DNA of 64,000 nucleotides from Lingula anatina (lineage: Eukaryota; Animalia; Brachiopoda), in NCBI GenBank assembly GCA_051362555.1, contig CM120645.1, positions 6,262,001 through 6,326,000 of the forward strand, in the 5' to 3' direction. Positions 12,620 through 24,946 of the stretch are shown here, one piece after another; position 1 is the stretch's first letter, and each line of letters opens with the position of its first letter. The notes below the pieces were generated by a model. The model had not been told where the DNA came from, ran no database searches, and saw nothing but the letters and a program-made list of their open reading frames with translations. Made by a program: the position numbers and the translations under genes.

Positions 12620-14333
12620 ATTTTGAATTTGTAACAAGTATTAGGATTGGTCTGAAGAAACCAGAGAAACAAGTGACTGGCCATTGTTGTTGAAGATTGA
12701 AATAAAAGAGAAAAGATGAGTGGCCATGATGGTCAGTATAAGAATGGAAGGGAAAAGATGATTGGACCAGCCACTGAAGATGCAGGATCTGTTGGTGAAA
12801 GTTTGTTGATTAAATGAGAAATGCAGGATTGCACAGATTGTTTGCGTAGTCAAAGAGGACACGTTTGTAAAAATTGGCAGGATTTTTCCAAGTATTTACA
12901 AACAAGGGAATACCCGGATTTCATCATGGTGCTTGTTGTAGTTGAACTGGGCAGAACACTTAGGATTCGATTGCTCAGGTGATACCACTGGCACAAAGCA
13001 CAGGCCAGTACTGGTTGAGCTGTGTAGAAAAATACCTCAAGAACATTATATGTAATCAAAAATAACTAGTATGCATAGCATCTATGACTGGTCACATTGG
13101 TAATGGCAATAGTTGACACCGATAATGATGTTGTATTGTTATTTTCAAAATTTTATGAATATTAATTATGGAATTCAAGCTCATGGCAGGACCAAGGCGG
13201 TGGGGTTTGATTAGAATGTGATCATGTTTTAAGGCACAATGCTTGAAAAATCTCATAAAATTGGGTTTCAATTTTCACTTCCAATTATTTTCTGTATGTA
13301 GCTTTTCAGCTTCATCTTTCATATTAATCCAAAATAATGGATCCAGAAGCCCTCGCCAGATCAAGTTTTTAATTACTTTTGGTTCTAATAAAATGTGACA
13401 GTGTTACCGTTTCTTATCATTATGAGCCACTATGCATTAGGTGAAATGTCATTGGTTTTATAAAACAATTTCTGCTGTTACAGTATAAATAGTGATAATT
13501 TATTACAAAGCTTTATTTTAATACAAATGTGCCCCTCTGCCTTTACTGACATATCATAATTAGGAGTTGTGAAAGCCTTTTACTGCCATAGAAGGCATGT
13601 ACTTACAGTAGGAGAAAAGGCAGAAAGTGTCTACTGCATTCAGTAGTACCACGAGTTACACTTAATTTAGTGCTTTGTTTTAATAGTCCTCTCCTCCATG
13701 TGTGCCATAATGAGTATAGCGAATTGTCTCTGAATTCACAATTGAAATAATTTCAGAGGGAAAATGAAAAATAACTGTAATACTGGCAAATCTTGAAAGC
13801 ATTTTTTTTTTCTGGATCTTTAATGTTCCCTTTATTATATTATGCGTATTATATTATGTGCACTTACTTCATCATGAAAAAAGTCAGCTTGCAGAGAGGA
13901 AGTCATTTTTAAGGTCTTGGACTCTGAAACTTTGCATGTTACTGGAGCAGAAAGTAATGATCATGAAAGTTTTTAAAATTGACTGTCACAATGTCAATTT
14001 CCTATCACTGTCACTGTAAAATGTTTGTGCTGTAATACTGTATTATTATAATACTCATTCACATGCCTTCTGTTAAATTTCAGACATCTCAGTACTTAAA
14101 AGAGGCAATGTATTATGAGAATCTGAATCACAGAAATAAAAATTGTTTTACTGCAAACTTGAATTGTTCTTTGGCATTTGATTTCAAGTCCGAAGCTGCA
14201 CAGTCAGTTGGTCATATTTTTTTCCATGGACCAACAAAGTATTTTCACTGAAAAAAAATCATTGTACGCAGTTCATTCCACATCCCATTGTTATTCCAGA
14301 AGTGTGAAATTATTCATTTTAAAATAAGAGCAT

Positions 14334-14370
<37 letters not shown>

Positions 14371-15010
14371 GGGAAATAACAAGACGACGGTCTGCTTCTT
14401 GACCCAAGATCGAGACCACTTGGTTTATCAACCCACACAGCAAAAACTATATGGTATTATTCAGAGCAGCAAGATAAATTGATAGGCTTTGAGTACCAGA
14501 GAAATTGTGGTAACCTTTGAAAAACTTCATAATAGACTATAACGGGCAAAATGTCACTTTCATATTTAATGTCTCATCAGTTATGTCACTCATATTTTCA
14601 TACATCGAACAAAAAAATGTTAACATTTCAGGTGAATAAAATCTTGGGGGAAAAAGGTTTATTTATTATTTTTAAAACAAATGAGATTATTAATGTAAAA
14701 AAAAAGACAAAACTGGTTTGTGCATGTATATTTTTGTTTGTCCAAAATTTCATCATTGCATAATACTAAAAGCTAACAAATATAAACGCGGGGTTGATCA
14801 GAAAATTTAAAACTATCAAAAAAAAAGTAGTTCAGGTACTGACAAAAATTCTAACCAAGGCCTAAAACAGTAACATGAATATCATTTTCATAGCACCAAC
14901 TGCTTCAGTACATAAAAGTATACAGAAACAATACATAACATATATCTACATAATTACATATAAAAATATCATCGTAACTACTAAGAAAACACAAAGACAT
15001 AACGGAGACC

Positions 15011-15260
15011 ACACGTGGTAATTACTCATTCTTTTCAATGGAAAAAATTTAATTTTACAGATACTGCATTTTTTAAGATCATAATTTCTTAAAACTAGAA
15101 CATTCCAATTGAGTGGCAGCAGGCTATTCTGTAGTACTATTCAATACAGTAAAAGCACCACAAACGCTATATAGAAATATAACTTTTTGTGATTAAAAAA
15201 TTATTCATCTGAAAGTTTGATAATTTTTGCCCATTGAAAAGATAAGAGTAATTATCGTAT
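15011..15260. mobile_element. Old MITE-like dispersed repeat; second copy at about 42971-43238
   Basis: Imperfect inverted ends GGTAATTACTCATTCTTTTCAATGG ... CCCATTGAAAAGATAAGAGTAATTATCGTATG; alignable along its length with 42971-43238. Confidence 0.7.
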
Positions 15261-15372
15261 GTTGATGCACATCTCCAACTAACAGTACAATATTCCTACT
15301 GGTAAAATTTTTTATTCTTTGGACTTTTATTTCTCCATTCCTGATAAAGCATGCCAGCAATTAAGAAACTTG

Positions 15373-15375
<3 letters not shown>

Positions 15376-15420
<45 letters not shown>
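15376..15420. repeat. (TA)n microsatellite
   Basis: Direct reading. Confidence 0.9.
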
Positions 15421-15425
<5 letters not shown>

Positions 15426-17453
15426 CTGAACACAACATTTTGATTTCACATCTAGAGCAATGTTTTAGTGATGGTAATCACTTACTTTGAAACAAAATAT
15501 TTCAAGGGAAACATATCTGTTTTGTAAATGTTATGTTCCAACAATTAATATCACTAAAACATTTCAAAACAAACATCAATACAGTTGTGAAAATGCCAAC
15601 TCTCTGCTCTATTAGCTTCTGAAATGGCTCACTTGTGCTAATAGAAGACCGCTGTTTGCACCTTTAAACAGAAGGCACCATTATTTCATCCAGAACAGAA
15701 ATGTTTTTAAATTAGGGTACATTTCCTTACTACAGATCTCCCAGACTTAATTCAAACTAAACACAAAACAAAGTGCTTTGTATTCAGAACACAATCCCAC
15801 ACATGTAGTGTATTTCTAACAGTTATTAGGACGCTGCATCTTCATTATGTTCCTAATCATAGTTACTTCTAATGAAACAAACACACCAACACATCTATTT
15901 CACTGAACTCTTAACAGTTTTTCAATCTAAAATATTCAAGTCTTCAGCAAAAAAAATCTTTGCAATGACCATTTAACTGTGACAATGTAATACTTTATTC
16001 AGTTAGTTTGTAGTCCAAAGCTCCCATCTCGTCATTTGACAATAAACCTACAAAGTGCTTGCCCACAGGGACACATGCCCATGCATGCACGCACACAAAA
16101 AATACCATGCAAATCAATAAAAATAACAAGACATAGAATTCAAACCAATTTGGGCTGATATTTTTTCAAAAAGCAAATTGTTTCTCCAATCTTGTATCAA
16201 CATGGCCTCTGAGACAGCAAATACAATATCTTTCTAACTGCAAACAAAAAAGATAAATAATATTTCCAACATAAAAATTTGATAATCATTTCACAATTTT
16301 CATTAAAACATTTTGAACACTGAGATGGGTTTAGGTCACCAAGTTTGCATTTAAGTGAGCAACTTATATGATAAATGTTGAACTATGAAAATGTTTGAAA
16401 AAGTGGCATTTTAAATTGGTGAGAAATCTCCATAATAGCAAGACAAAACATACATCAGCTCTCAGTTTGGAAGCATTCAAGAATGAAAGAACCATACATA
16501 ATTTCAAAAAGTTTTTTTTTTACTTTTGTGAAAATCTCCATATAGGCAGAAAATTGGAATCTGGCTGCCATATTGATATGGTTTCATATCAAAAATAGCA
16601 AAGAATACCATATCAACAAATGTGTGTAAATTCATACCGCTGGATCAAAGTACAGAGACTGCTCCCTTTTATTGCAGTATTGCTGTATTACTTAGAAGTA
16701 AGAAAATAAGTTTTAAATTGCATGAGTACCATATATTATGCAAATATGCATAACAGGAAAAAACTTTTGGGAGAAACCCTGTTACAACGAGACATCAGTC
16801 ATTTATAATTAAAAGCATGAGCATATATGTACATGAACATGTGTTCTAAAAGCAGAATTATGCCTTAATTCCAGTAAGCACACAAATAGTATATATACCA
16901 GTGGTATAACTGTCTACAACAGTGTTATAATGTGATATATAAAAGGCAATGGACTCTACAAATTTACAAGGAAAACATACCATGGTATTACCTGAATAAT
17001 ACACTGAAACTTTCAGCAATAAACATGTTTGTTTGAAACATAAAATACCATTTGTACCACATGGGAAGCTGCAATGTAAAGCTACAAAATTGGAACTTGG
17101 AGCACGTTTACTGATTTTATACATGAACATCGATGGAAGAAAAACAGAAAATAATTGGACTAATATTATATACTTTCTACTTAGGATAAAATCAGCTGAC
17201 AATAGCCATAAAATCTATAACAACACTATTATACTACAGTGACTATATATTATATATAGTAAGTATGTTACAAAGTCTTATACCCTATGAACGTTTGACT
17301 ATTTAATTTGATAATACTAGTATTCACACTAGGTTGTTCTAATGTACAGCATACAATTCCTGATAACTTCTGGCAACACTTTGATACACATTCTTTCATC
17401 AGTGTTAACAGATTTTTGTTGAATTGCACATAACATATTTCTAGTTATGCCAG

Positions 17454-17605
17454 GGCCCCGTAACTCAAAAGTATCGCACATTGCGACCGAGCACAAGCGT
17501 CTTGATTCCATAACTCGCCCATACTTGCCCCACATAATACACTGTAGCCTCTATATGATGTTGCTAATCGAGTTTCGATTAACGATGCTTTCGAGTTACG
17601 GGGCC
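17454..17605. mobile_element. PIF/Harbinger-like MITE; second, inverted copy at about 47421-47572
   Basis: TIR GGCCCCGTAACTC ... GAGTTACGGGGCC flanked by a CAG/CAG 3-bp TSD. Confidence 0.8.
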
Positions 17606-18009
17606 CAGTTCTAAAGTATCGAATCCCAGGCAGCATCAAGATAAACTAAAGTTCTCAAAATCCCATCTAACTTTCATGATTGTCCCTATACTAATACTAA
17701 ATTTCTAAAAACAGAGGTACTAGTGCACCAAATACAAAACTGGAGGTAATACATTTTGCAGATTTTTCAATCAACAAGCCACCAAACAGATTTCACTATA
17801 TTGACCAAATCAACATAAATGCAATTTCAAGACAATACAGCTTAGTTTCATATTTGCATTACGGCAAATCAAAAGGCTATAGGAACATTTGAATAGTAAG
17901 CTTCAAGGCATCCACTCTGGAAAAATATACAATTTTGCAGGCATTCATCCCCATAAACTATACACTTTCTAGATAGCTACCATGCAGTATCTACAATGTT
18001 TTAAGTTAA

Positions 18010-18255
18010 AGACCATGGTCACACATCATGGCATAATGGCAAAAACCATGGATCCCATACAGTTGCTACTTGTCCATCATGGAATAATGGCAAAAAAAAT
18101 TAAATAAAAAAAACATGGCATCATACAGTTTCTACTTATCCGTCAGGGTGAAATGGCAAAAAAAAAACATGGCTGCCATGCAGTTTCTCTTTATCCATCA
18201 CGACACTGTAGTATCAACCATGGTCCTTATACAGTTTCTAGATTTATCCATCATG
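18010..18255. repeat. Degenerate tandem repeat (about 4 x 50-65 bp) starting at the stop codon of the CUB-TM gene
   Basis: CATACAGTTTCTACTTATCCATCATGG-like core at about 18057, 18122, 18178 and 18228; the last core overlaps the TGA. Confidence 0.7.
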
Positions 18256-21200
18256 GAGGAGGAGCCATTTTGACCTGATCATTATTTGTCGAATACTCTA
18301 CCTCTCCATAGGCAGGGGGAGCAGAGGGATATGCCTGGGGTGCTGGGTAACCTTGAGTGGACTCAGGGGGCGGGTACGGGGTACCCCCTGGTGGCGGGTA
18401 TGGGGTGCCCCCTGGGGGCGGGTATGGGGTGCCCCCTGGGGGCGGGTATGGGGTGCTCCCTGGTGGGTATCCTTGAGGTGCGTAACCGCCTGGGGGGTAA
18501 GACCCTGGGGGCCCACTGGTGGGAACTGTATGATAAGCTGTGCTGCCTGAAGAGAGAGAGGGAGAAAGATTATGTATTTCAGTGAATAACTAAGAGAGAA
18601 CTTTGATATGTAATACAACTACTTTATCATAAACATTTTCTTCAAATTTGTAGCGCAGTTACTAAATATCCAGTTTTCACTCTGTTTCATATCTTGCCAG
18701 CTGTAGAGTACAGATATTCTCTGAGTAAAGTCATAAAGATTACTTTATATCCCTCTGTCTCCACCCCCCCCCCCCCCACCCCACCCCACCCTGCTCCACC
18801 CCATCAATCTCCAACAGGAAATTCTTGGTCTACAATTTATCATAAGGCCACACTTTTTTATTTTTATGGATGACATCCTCTGGGTACCCCAAAATCGGTG
18901 CGAGAGGGCGAAAAAAAAAAAAAAAACGGTCAAAAAAAAAAATACTGCTTAAGGTAGTCCTCTCATATTAGCTTTTTTTGCGATCTGCGCAGGTTTCGCG
19001 CATGAGTAGTTTTTTGAGATAGCGGCTAATTATGAAAATAAAACATGCAATAAAATACGTAATTCATCTTTTTAAGAAATCTGTATGAAATCTTTGATGT
19101 TATTTTGGTCGAAGCGCTACGAATATGTCAACTATGCGTTGCATATGAGTGAACGCTTGGTCTTTTACGACGTAAAGTACCCACTTGCGACTTTGTTTAC
19201 AAATACCGCATGTAAGAAGTTACGCGAAGAAGGGATTGAAAAGAGCGTTTTAGTAAGGCTTGTATAGCAGTGACATGATCTTATCTCACGGAAAACATTC
19301 ACAAGGGCTTGTATTTTGACCACAAAGTGTATTGCGGAGATTTGTCATATGGTTACGACGTGTGCAACAAGACATTGCCTTCTTCAGCATTGGTTTCCGA
19401 TCACCCAGGGTCAAGTTACCGTGATTTGTATGCTGAAAACAATTCTCTTCTTTCACAATAAGTTAAAATAATTAGACTCATGGCGTTTTGTTGTTGATTT
19501 AAGTATGTTATTGAACAATATGACCTGCAAACAGTGCGATTTTCAGCTCTCCAGAAAAGATGCAACCGGTGTGCACCCGCCTGGCGTGTTGCGACGTCAT
19601 TCTTACAAAACCATAAAACACACCACAGAGGACCAAGGGTTTTTATGCAGATACATGTAATACTTTTGTGATGCTAGGAAAATAAACAGTATATTTTAGA
19701 AGATAAAGTGTACTTTATTCCAACTTTATCCTAATTTACCCAATCATAAACAAGAGACTTTAGTTTGTAAATTTATTACTTCACAGAAATTATTCAGCCC
19801 ATAATGCATTAAAAGATAGTCTTGAGTTACAAAATTTAGTTAATTTTTGCAATGATGAAAGTGAAGAAAATCCTTTTTTTCTGATTTATTATTTTATCCC
19901 AGTCAATTGACTAAATCCTGTGTGAAACCTTTACCAAATTCTGTAGAAAACCTTGTTTGTAAAAAAATAATTTCTCCATGTGTAGGAAAAAAATTAAGCT
20001 GTCATGGTTAACATATCAGAATTTGTAATTGCTTTTCAAAGAGAAGGTCTAGATGGTCTTTATTTTCTTCTCAGTGAAATCAATCCAAACACAAAAAAAC
20101 AGTAGTAAGAAATTGATACATTGTTTAAACAATGTATATTAAAATATACAAAGCAAACAATCTATCAAGCTATCTCAATGTTAAAAATGTATAAAACAGT
20201 AAGAAAAAAGGAATAGGAAGATAAAAGTCACAAGAGATTGATACATGTGCTTGTAGGTCCAGCCTATGAAAAATCCAATATGGCGGCATTCCATGAGGCA
20301 TACTGAAATCCAACTGATACTTTCAACATATTAATATCTATTTATTATGAATGGGATAAGCAAACTTTATGAAATTTGGTTAGCTGATGCAGAGAAGTAT
20401 AAATATAATTTTCATGGAAGCAAAATAAATGTATGAGTTAAAAAACCCACGATACAAAACACATTTATTTAAATTTGCTTGGAAATTTCCATTGATTCCT
20501 ATGTAAATTTGATAAAAATCGATGTTCAAGCAGCCCTGGCTCAAAAACAAGCATGGTGTGGTACATATTTTTTTGTAAATTTCTTTGAGGTCTACCAAGA
20601 TCTATAACATATCCACATAATATTAAAATCGCTAGGGCAGAATTTTTTATTTTTGCATTTTTCAGCAAAATTAAGGGCATTTTGGCAAAATCCCCATATA
20701 ACGCAATGTAATAAACGTAGCGTTTTTCGGGACGCCACCTCTCGAAAACGAGCGTGGTGACCCCCAATTTTTTTTTCATATTTTTTACTCATATGGTAAG
20801 AAGATTTTGTCTTACAATTTTAATCAAAATCGCTAGGGCAGAAATATGAAATCTGAAATATGAGAGAGCGTCCTTAAGTAAAGGAATGCTGTCAGTACAC
20901 AGCTGGAAACACAAATTTTACCACAGAAACACGTATCAAACTAACAATATGTCTTTATCCATGCTCTCAAAATATTAAAGCATTGTGAATACTTCGTAGA
21001 AATGTAAAAAAAAGTCATGGATAGATATACTTTTTATTACAAAATCTATTAAGGTTATTTCATGCATTTTGTTGGTATAGCAATCAATAAAACAAATATC
21101 AAACAAACAGTGTGTCTTTATTCGTATTCTCAGAATATTAAAGCATTTTGAACACTTCACAGAAATGTTTAAAATAATGATGCAAAGATATGCTTAATAC

Positions 21201-22843
21201 TACCAAATCTATTAAAGGTCATTTCGGACGTTGCCATTTTGTCTACTTCGACTCACACGGCCAAACTGTCAGGTGGCCTGTCCGACCTTCAGCCCACCAA
21301 ATACCTCGACGCCCTTGTCGACCCTTTTTTCGCTACAGAAAACCTGGTAGCCTATGTGCTGCTTTGTACAGAATGTCACTGAAATTTTTCGGGCGATAAT
21401 CGCCAGCCTTTCGCACAATTGTAAAAAGGTGATATCTCCATGCCCAATATCAATGGCATACCAATCCAAAACGACGGCACCCGTTCTCTTTATGACTTTA
21501 ATTGTCGTGTAATTTGAAAGTTATCCTAGAGATGAATTTGACGGCAAAGCGGCCACATTTCCACGTGGCGATAATACGCATGCGCAGAAAGCTCATTTCC
21601 TGGCAAATTCACTAATGACGTTTGCGCCAACCGACTTCGTTGGGGGCTGGGGGGGGGGGGGGGATTTTTTTTTTTTTTTTCGGAGAACGGGCGAAAATCG
21701 GTGCGCGCGCAGGATGTCATCCATAAAATTAAAAAAGTGTGGCCTAAACTAGAATACTTAATTTATGTACATCTTAGAGAAAGAGTTAAAATCCCAGAAG
21801 ATGACCTTAACCCTCAACCTTACCTGTAACAGTGGTAGTGGTTGTAGCAGCAGCAGCAGCTGGCTGACGGACAGTGCCTCTTCTGTTGTTACGACAACAG
21901 CAACAAATACAAACAACAATGCAAATCACGATTACGGCCACGACCCCAACCACAATGGCCACAAAAACACCAATAGCAAGGTTGAACACTTTTCCAGGGA
22001 GGTCACTGTAATCATCTGAAATTGAAAAGTGAATGTTATGCTTACAATGAAAGGGGCCATTTTGGATTGGGGGGAGGGTTTGGGGATTAAAGGTTCACTT
22101 GGTGGCTGAAAATCAAGAAATGTTGGTACTGAAATTAAACCCAAAATAAACTTCAAACAGAAGTATATTTTTGTATCAGAGGGGGAGAGAGAGAAAATGA
22201 CAAATCCTCAAAATGGTCAAAAGAAAAGGAATGTCTTCAATATTAAGGAAACTGGAAAGTAGCACAATCACAAGAAGCTACTCCCATTTACCCATAACAA
22301 TAACAAAAAATCTAACTCAGAACAGCACTGAAAATAACATTTTGTAAATTAACCCTTACTTCTTAACTGATGCAGTCTTAGTGGTTTTATCAAACCCATT
22401 TTTGAGTAAGAGTCTACTGTATATACATATGAACAAGACTTTTCAACAAAGTTTTCTGATCCAATAAACTTACAATCAGTGTCATCATCCTGTGCGCTGA
22501 TTTTTATGGTAAAACGGTGTCCAACAGAGGTCCCACGACTGAGGAACAATGTTACATACCGTCCAGAAGTTACAAAACTAGTGGGTTTGCTGGATCCACA
22601 GGAGAGTTTTTCCTAAAACAAACCCAAAAAAAATTACAATTAAATTTCACAAACCTGCTTCTAAGCTGGGTTCCCCATTATCAAAGTATTCTGGAGCAAT
22701 AATCTCCACCATGTGTTCCAACATTGGGAAGAAGGGCAGCTTAGACACTAACACTAGGGACTGGTATATACAGAAAGATACATAGTGAGAAACCATTGAA
22801 GACAGGAAGGATTGAAAAAGACAGAAGGACAAGCCAACAATTC

Positions 22844-22898
<55 letters not shown>

Positions 22899-23689
22899 CA
22901 TAATTTTCTCACTCACCCTTAATGATGTAGTTGTAAAAGATTCATAAATGAAGAGGTCTGTATCACAATTTGGCATATTAAAGTCATCAAAAGTCACTTT
23001 CAGTTTAGATGTACTTAAAAAAGCTTTGAAGGTCATTCTACAAGATGATGGCAGAAATGCAGATCCTCCAGTCCCTGTAGCTTTGACAGTCACTTCTCCA
23101 TAACTGGTAACTGTTTCAGTCTGGCTGCAGTCAGAACTGTCATCCATATATCCTGTGAAAAAGAAAAAGAACTACACAATGGGGAAAAATGGTGGACACA
23201 ATCTCGAGTATTAAAACATGTTAGATAGTATCATACACAAATTTTCCCCAAAAAAATTTTCTTAGTAGATGGCTAATATTTCTTACAATGTTTTAAAAGA
23301 TTTTTAGGACATGACAATTTGATTTGTTAGGACAGTTGGATGGCCCAGATGATCTGTATACCATGTTTAACATTAAAAAACTGAGGTCAACAGTAATTAC
23401 GGTGATAAGGTTTAACGTTATTACATTTTTCAAACAAGGTGCATTTCTTTTCAGATTGACAGATAACAAAGATATGAGCTTTATCAGCAGTGTAAGTGCC
23501 CACACCTCTAAAGATTGGTACGTGTATACAACCAATTGTTCAATATGATAACTCACGTTTGATATTATGTTGATCAAGACAATGTAACAGTAAATCTAGT
23601 TAATACTTACTTGTAAAGCCCTCTGCCTGTCTACATACACCACACACCAAAGCAGCTATAATTAAGAGCTTATAGCCTGAACACCTCAT
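18251..23689 (-). CDS. Type I membrane protein: signal peptide, CUB-like ectodomain, TM, Cys cluster and Pro/Tyr-rich tail with PSAP+PPxY; 5 coding exons
   Basis: Exons 23689-23611 (MRCSGYKLLIIAALVCGVCRQAEGFT), 23152-22917 (YMDDSSDCSQ...SCRMTFKA...KLKVTFDDFNMPNCDTDLFIYE), 22612-22474 (EKLSCGSSKPTSFVTSGRYVTLFL...FTIKISA), 22015-21824 (TM + CICCCCRNNRR), 18546-18251 (GSTAY...TPYPPPGG repeats...YPSAPPAY...MAPPP*). Phases are consistent. A probable non-coding first exon ends at a donor at 24553. Confidence 0.88.
18370..18465 (-). repeat. Coding 24-bp tandem repeat (TPYPPP[GG] x4)
   Basis: GGGGGCGGGTATGGGGTGCCCCCT-like units on the + strand. Confidence 0.85.
18846..21744. mobile_element. Non-autonomous PIF/Harbinger-like element ('A', about 1 kb without its nested insert) in the last intron of the CUB-TM gene
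   Basis: TIR GGCCACACTTTTTTA.TTTTATGGATGACATCCT at both ends; TAA/TAA TSD at 18843-45 and 21745-47; second, interrupted copy at about 58199-59979. Confidence 0.88.
18953..20873. mobile_element. Non-autonomous TTAA-specific DNA transposon ('B', Kolobok-like) nested in element A
   Basis: TTAA|GGTAGTCCTCTCATATT ... AATATGAGAGAGCGTCC|TTAA; the empty site (CTGC-TGAA-GTAAAGGAATGCTG on the minus strand) is visible in the second A copy at about 59870-59891; no transposase ORF. Confidence 0.82.
22648..22894 (-). pseudogene. Duplicated fragment of DENND6 (intron 5 end + exon 6 + donor) inside an intron of the CUB-TM gene
   Basis: 22760-22655 aligns to 5382-5487 with 5 substitutions in 106 nt; the flanking acceptor region and (CT)n were also copied. 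Confidence 0.93.
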
Positions 23690-24553
23690 TGTTCTAATAA
23701 TATGCTAGTTTAATATTCCCTGAAAGAAGATACATGTATACTTATTCAAGCAAAAATATGAAGGAAAAATATATTTATCTTAATCTGTTCCTTATGCACT
23801 CAATATTGGCCAATGTGTTGCTTTTTAATTTATGTGTTGTATCTTTTCCATATTTCTGGGTGTAAACAAACAAAATTATAAAATGAAGATGATTCATGAT
23901 CACAGACAATTGTTACACATCTAAAATGCATGATTTATCAACATTGACTAACAATAGAATAAGACCCAAATAATATTAAGAGTTGTGGCGATTTGGGGGG
24001 AGAAAACTGGTACAGTATTTCTAAGCATACAAGCAGAGTCATTTTAGATGGTTTTGAGATTCCTCTGCTGACTAAGGCGATTGACATGTGATACACTAGC
24101 TGTCATGGTTCAGGCAAACCTATTCTACAGTCAAAGCATGTCAACTAAATAATTGGGTGCAAGTCATTCTGCGACATGGAAACCGTTGGCATGAATCACA
24201 AAATCATGATCACGCATTAACAAAAGTGTCATTGCTCAATTTATTATTATTATTATCATTTGGTGTTTTATATGAGAAAACTTAAATATGTAACTCTAGT
24301 CACCCCTGTGGTAATACTTTCAAAAAATATTTAAAAAAATAACTGCTGAATAGTTATATTTTGACAAATAAGACTTTCTTATCTGTCATATCATAAGTGA
24401 CAAACTCTGAACAACAGATGGGGAATTTCTCACGGGGATTACCAACTATGACGGGACGTATATTGTACTGACAGAAATACAATAAAGCCTTGTGCCTGAA
24501 GTCACTTGTAGGTTGACTTATGCAAGCTCAAATGAAGAAGTTTAAAGATTTAC

Positions 24554-24946
24554 CTTGTTTCGTGAAGTAACCTCTGTACTTTTAACCGGAATCTACTAAT
24601 CATTCTTTCTACACCCTTGCTCTCACAAAGCTACATCCAGAATCGAACATTTGTTTCGGCTTTTTTCAGGAATGTCATGCAGTGCAGTTATTCCCATTAA
24701 ACTATGTCATCAAAATAAAAAGAAACACGTTTTTAATTTTTCTATTGCAATTTATCAAACTTTCACAAAATATAATTTGTATTTGAATGTTCATTTGTGA
24801 TTGCGCAGGGCTTTTGCAACAAAGCACAATGAGGAAGCCTCGATTGCACCTGTGCCCTACCAAATTTCATACAAGCACGTTTATCTGAGACCGAGGTCAA
24901 CGCGAAGAAAAGGAAAATGTGTGGAGATGACTAATAACAACAAAAA
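24554..24946. promoter_or_regulatory. Putative bidirectional promoter and 5'UTR exons for the CUB-TM gene (-) and MKRN1 (+)
   Basis: Minus-strand donor AAG|GTAAAT at 24553; MKRN1 ATG at 24947 within a YY1-like AAAATGGCGG. Confidence 0.5.

Noticed and set aside
12645-13030. Purine-rich stretch after the DENND6 stop as a possible alternative last exon
   Set aside because: The frames I read close within about 25-35 codons and give no recognisable peptide; treated as 3'UTR.
18286-18618. Three overlapping ORFs in the track over the GC-rich repeat
   Set aside because: The splice-consistent frame is a different minus-strand frame (GSTAY...TPYPPPGG...MAPPP*); the listed ORFs are alternative-frame shadows.
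19085-21720. Short ORFs inside elements A and B as transposase remnants
   Set aside because: No DDE, THAP or Myb/SANT-like motif recognisable; the elements appear non-autonomous.
22647-23147. 166-aa ORF as a genuine CUB-DENND6 fusion protein
   Set aside because: It arises by reading through a strong AGG|GTGAGT donor and a microsatellite; it would require intron retention and would truncate the CUB fold.
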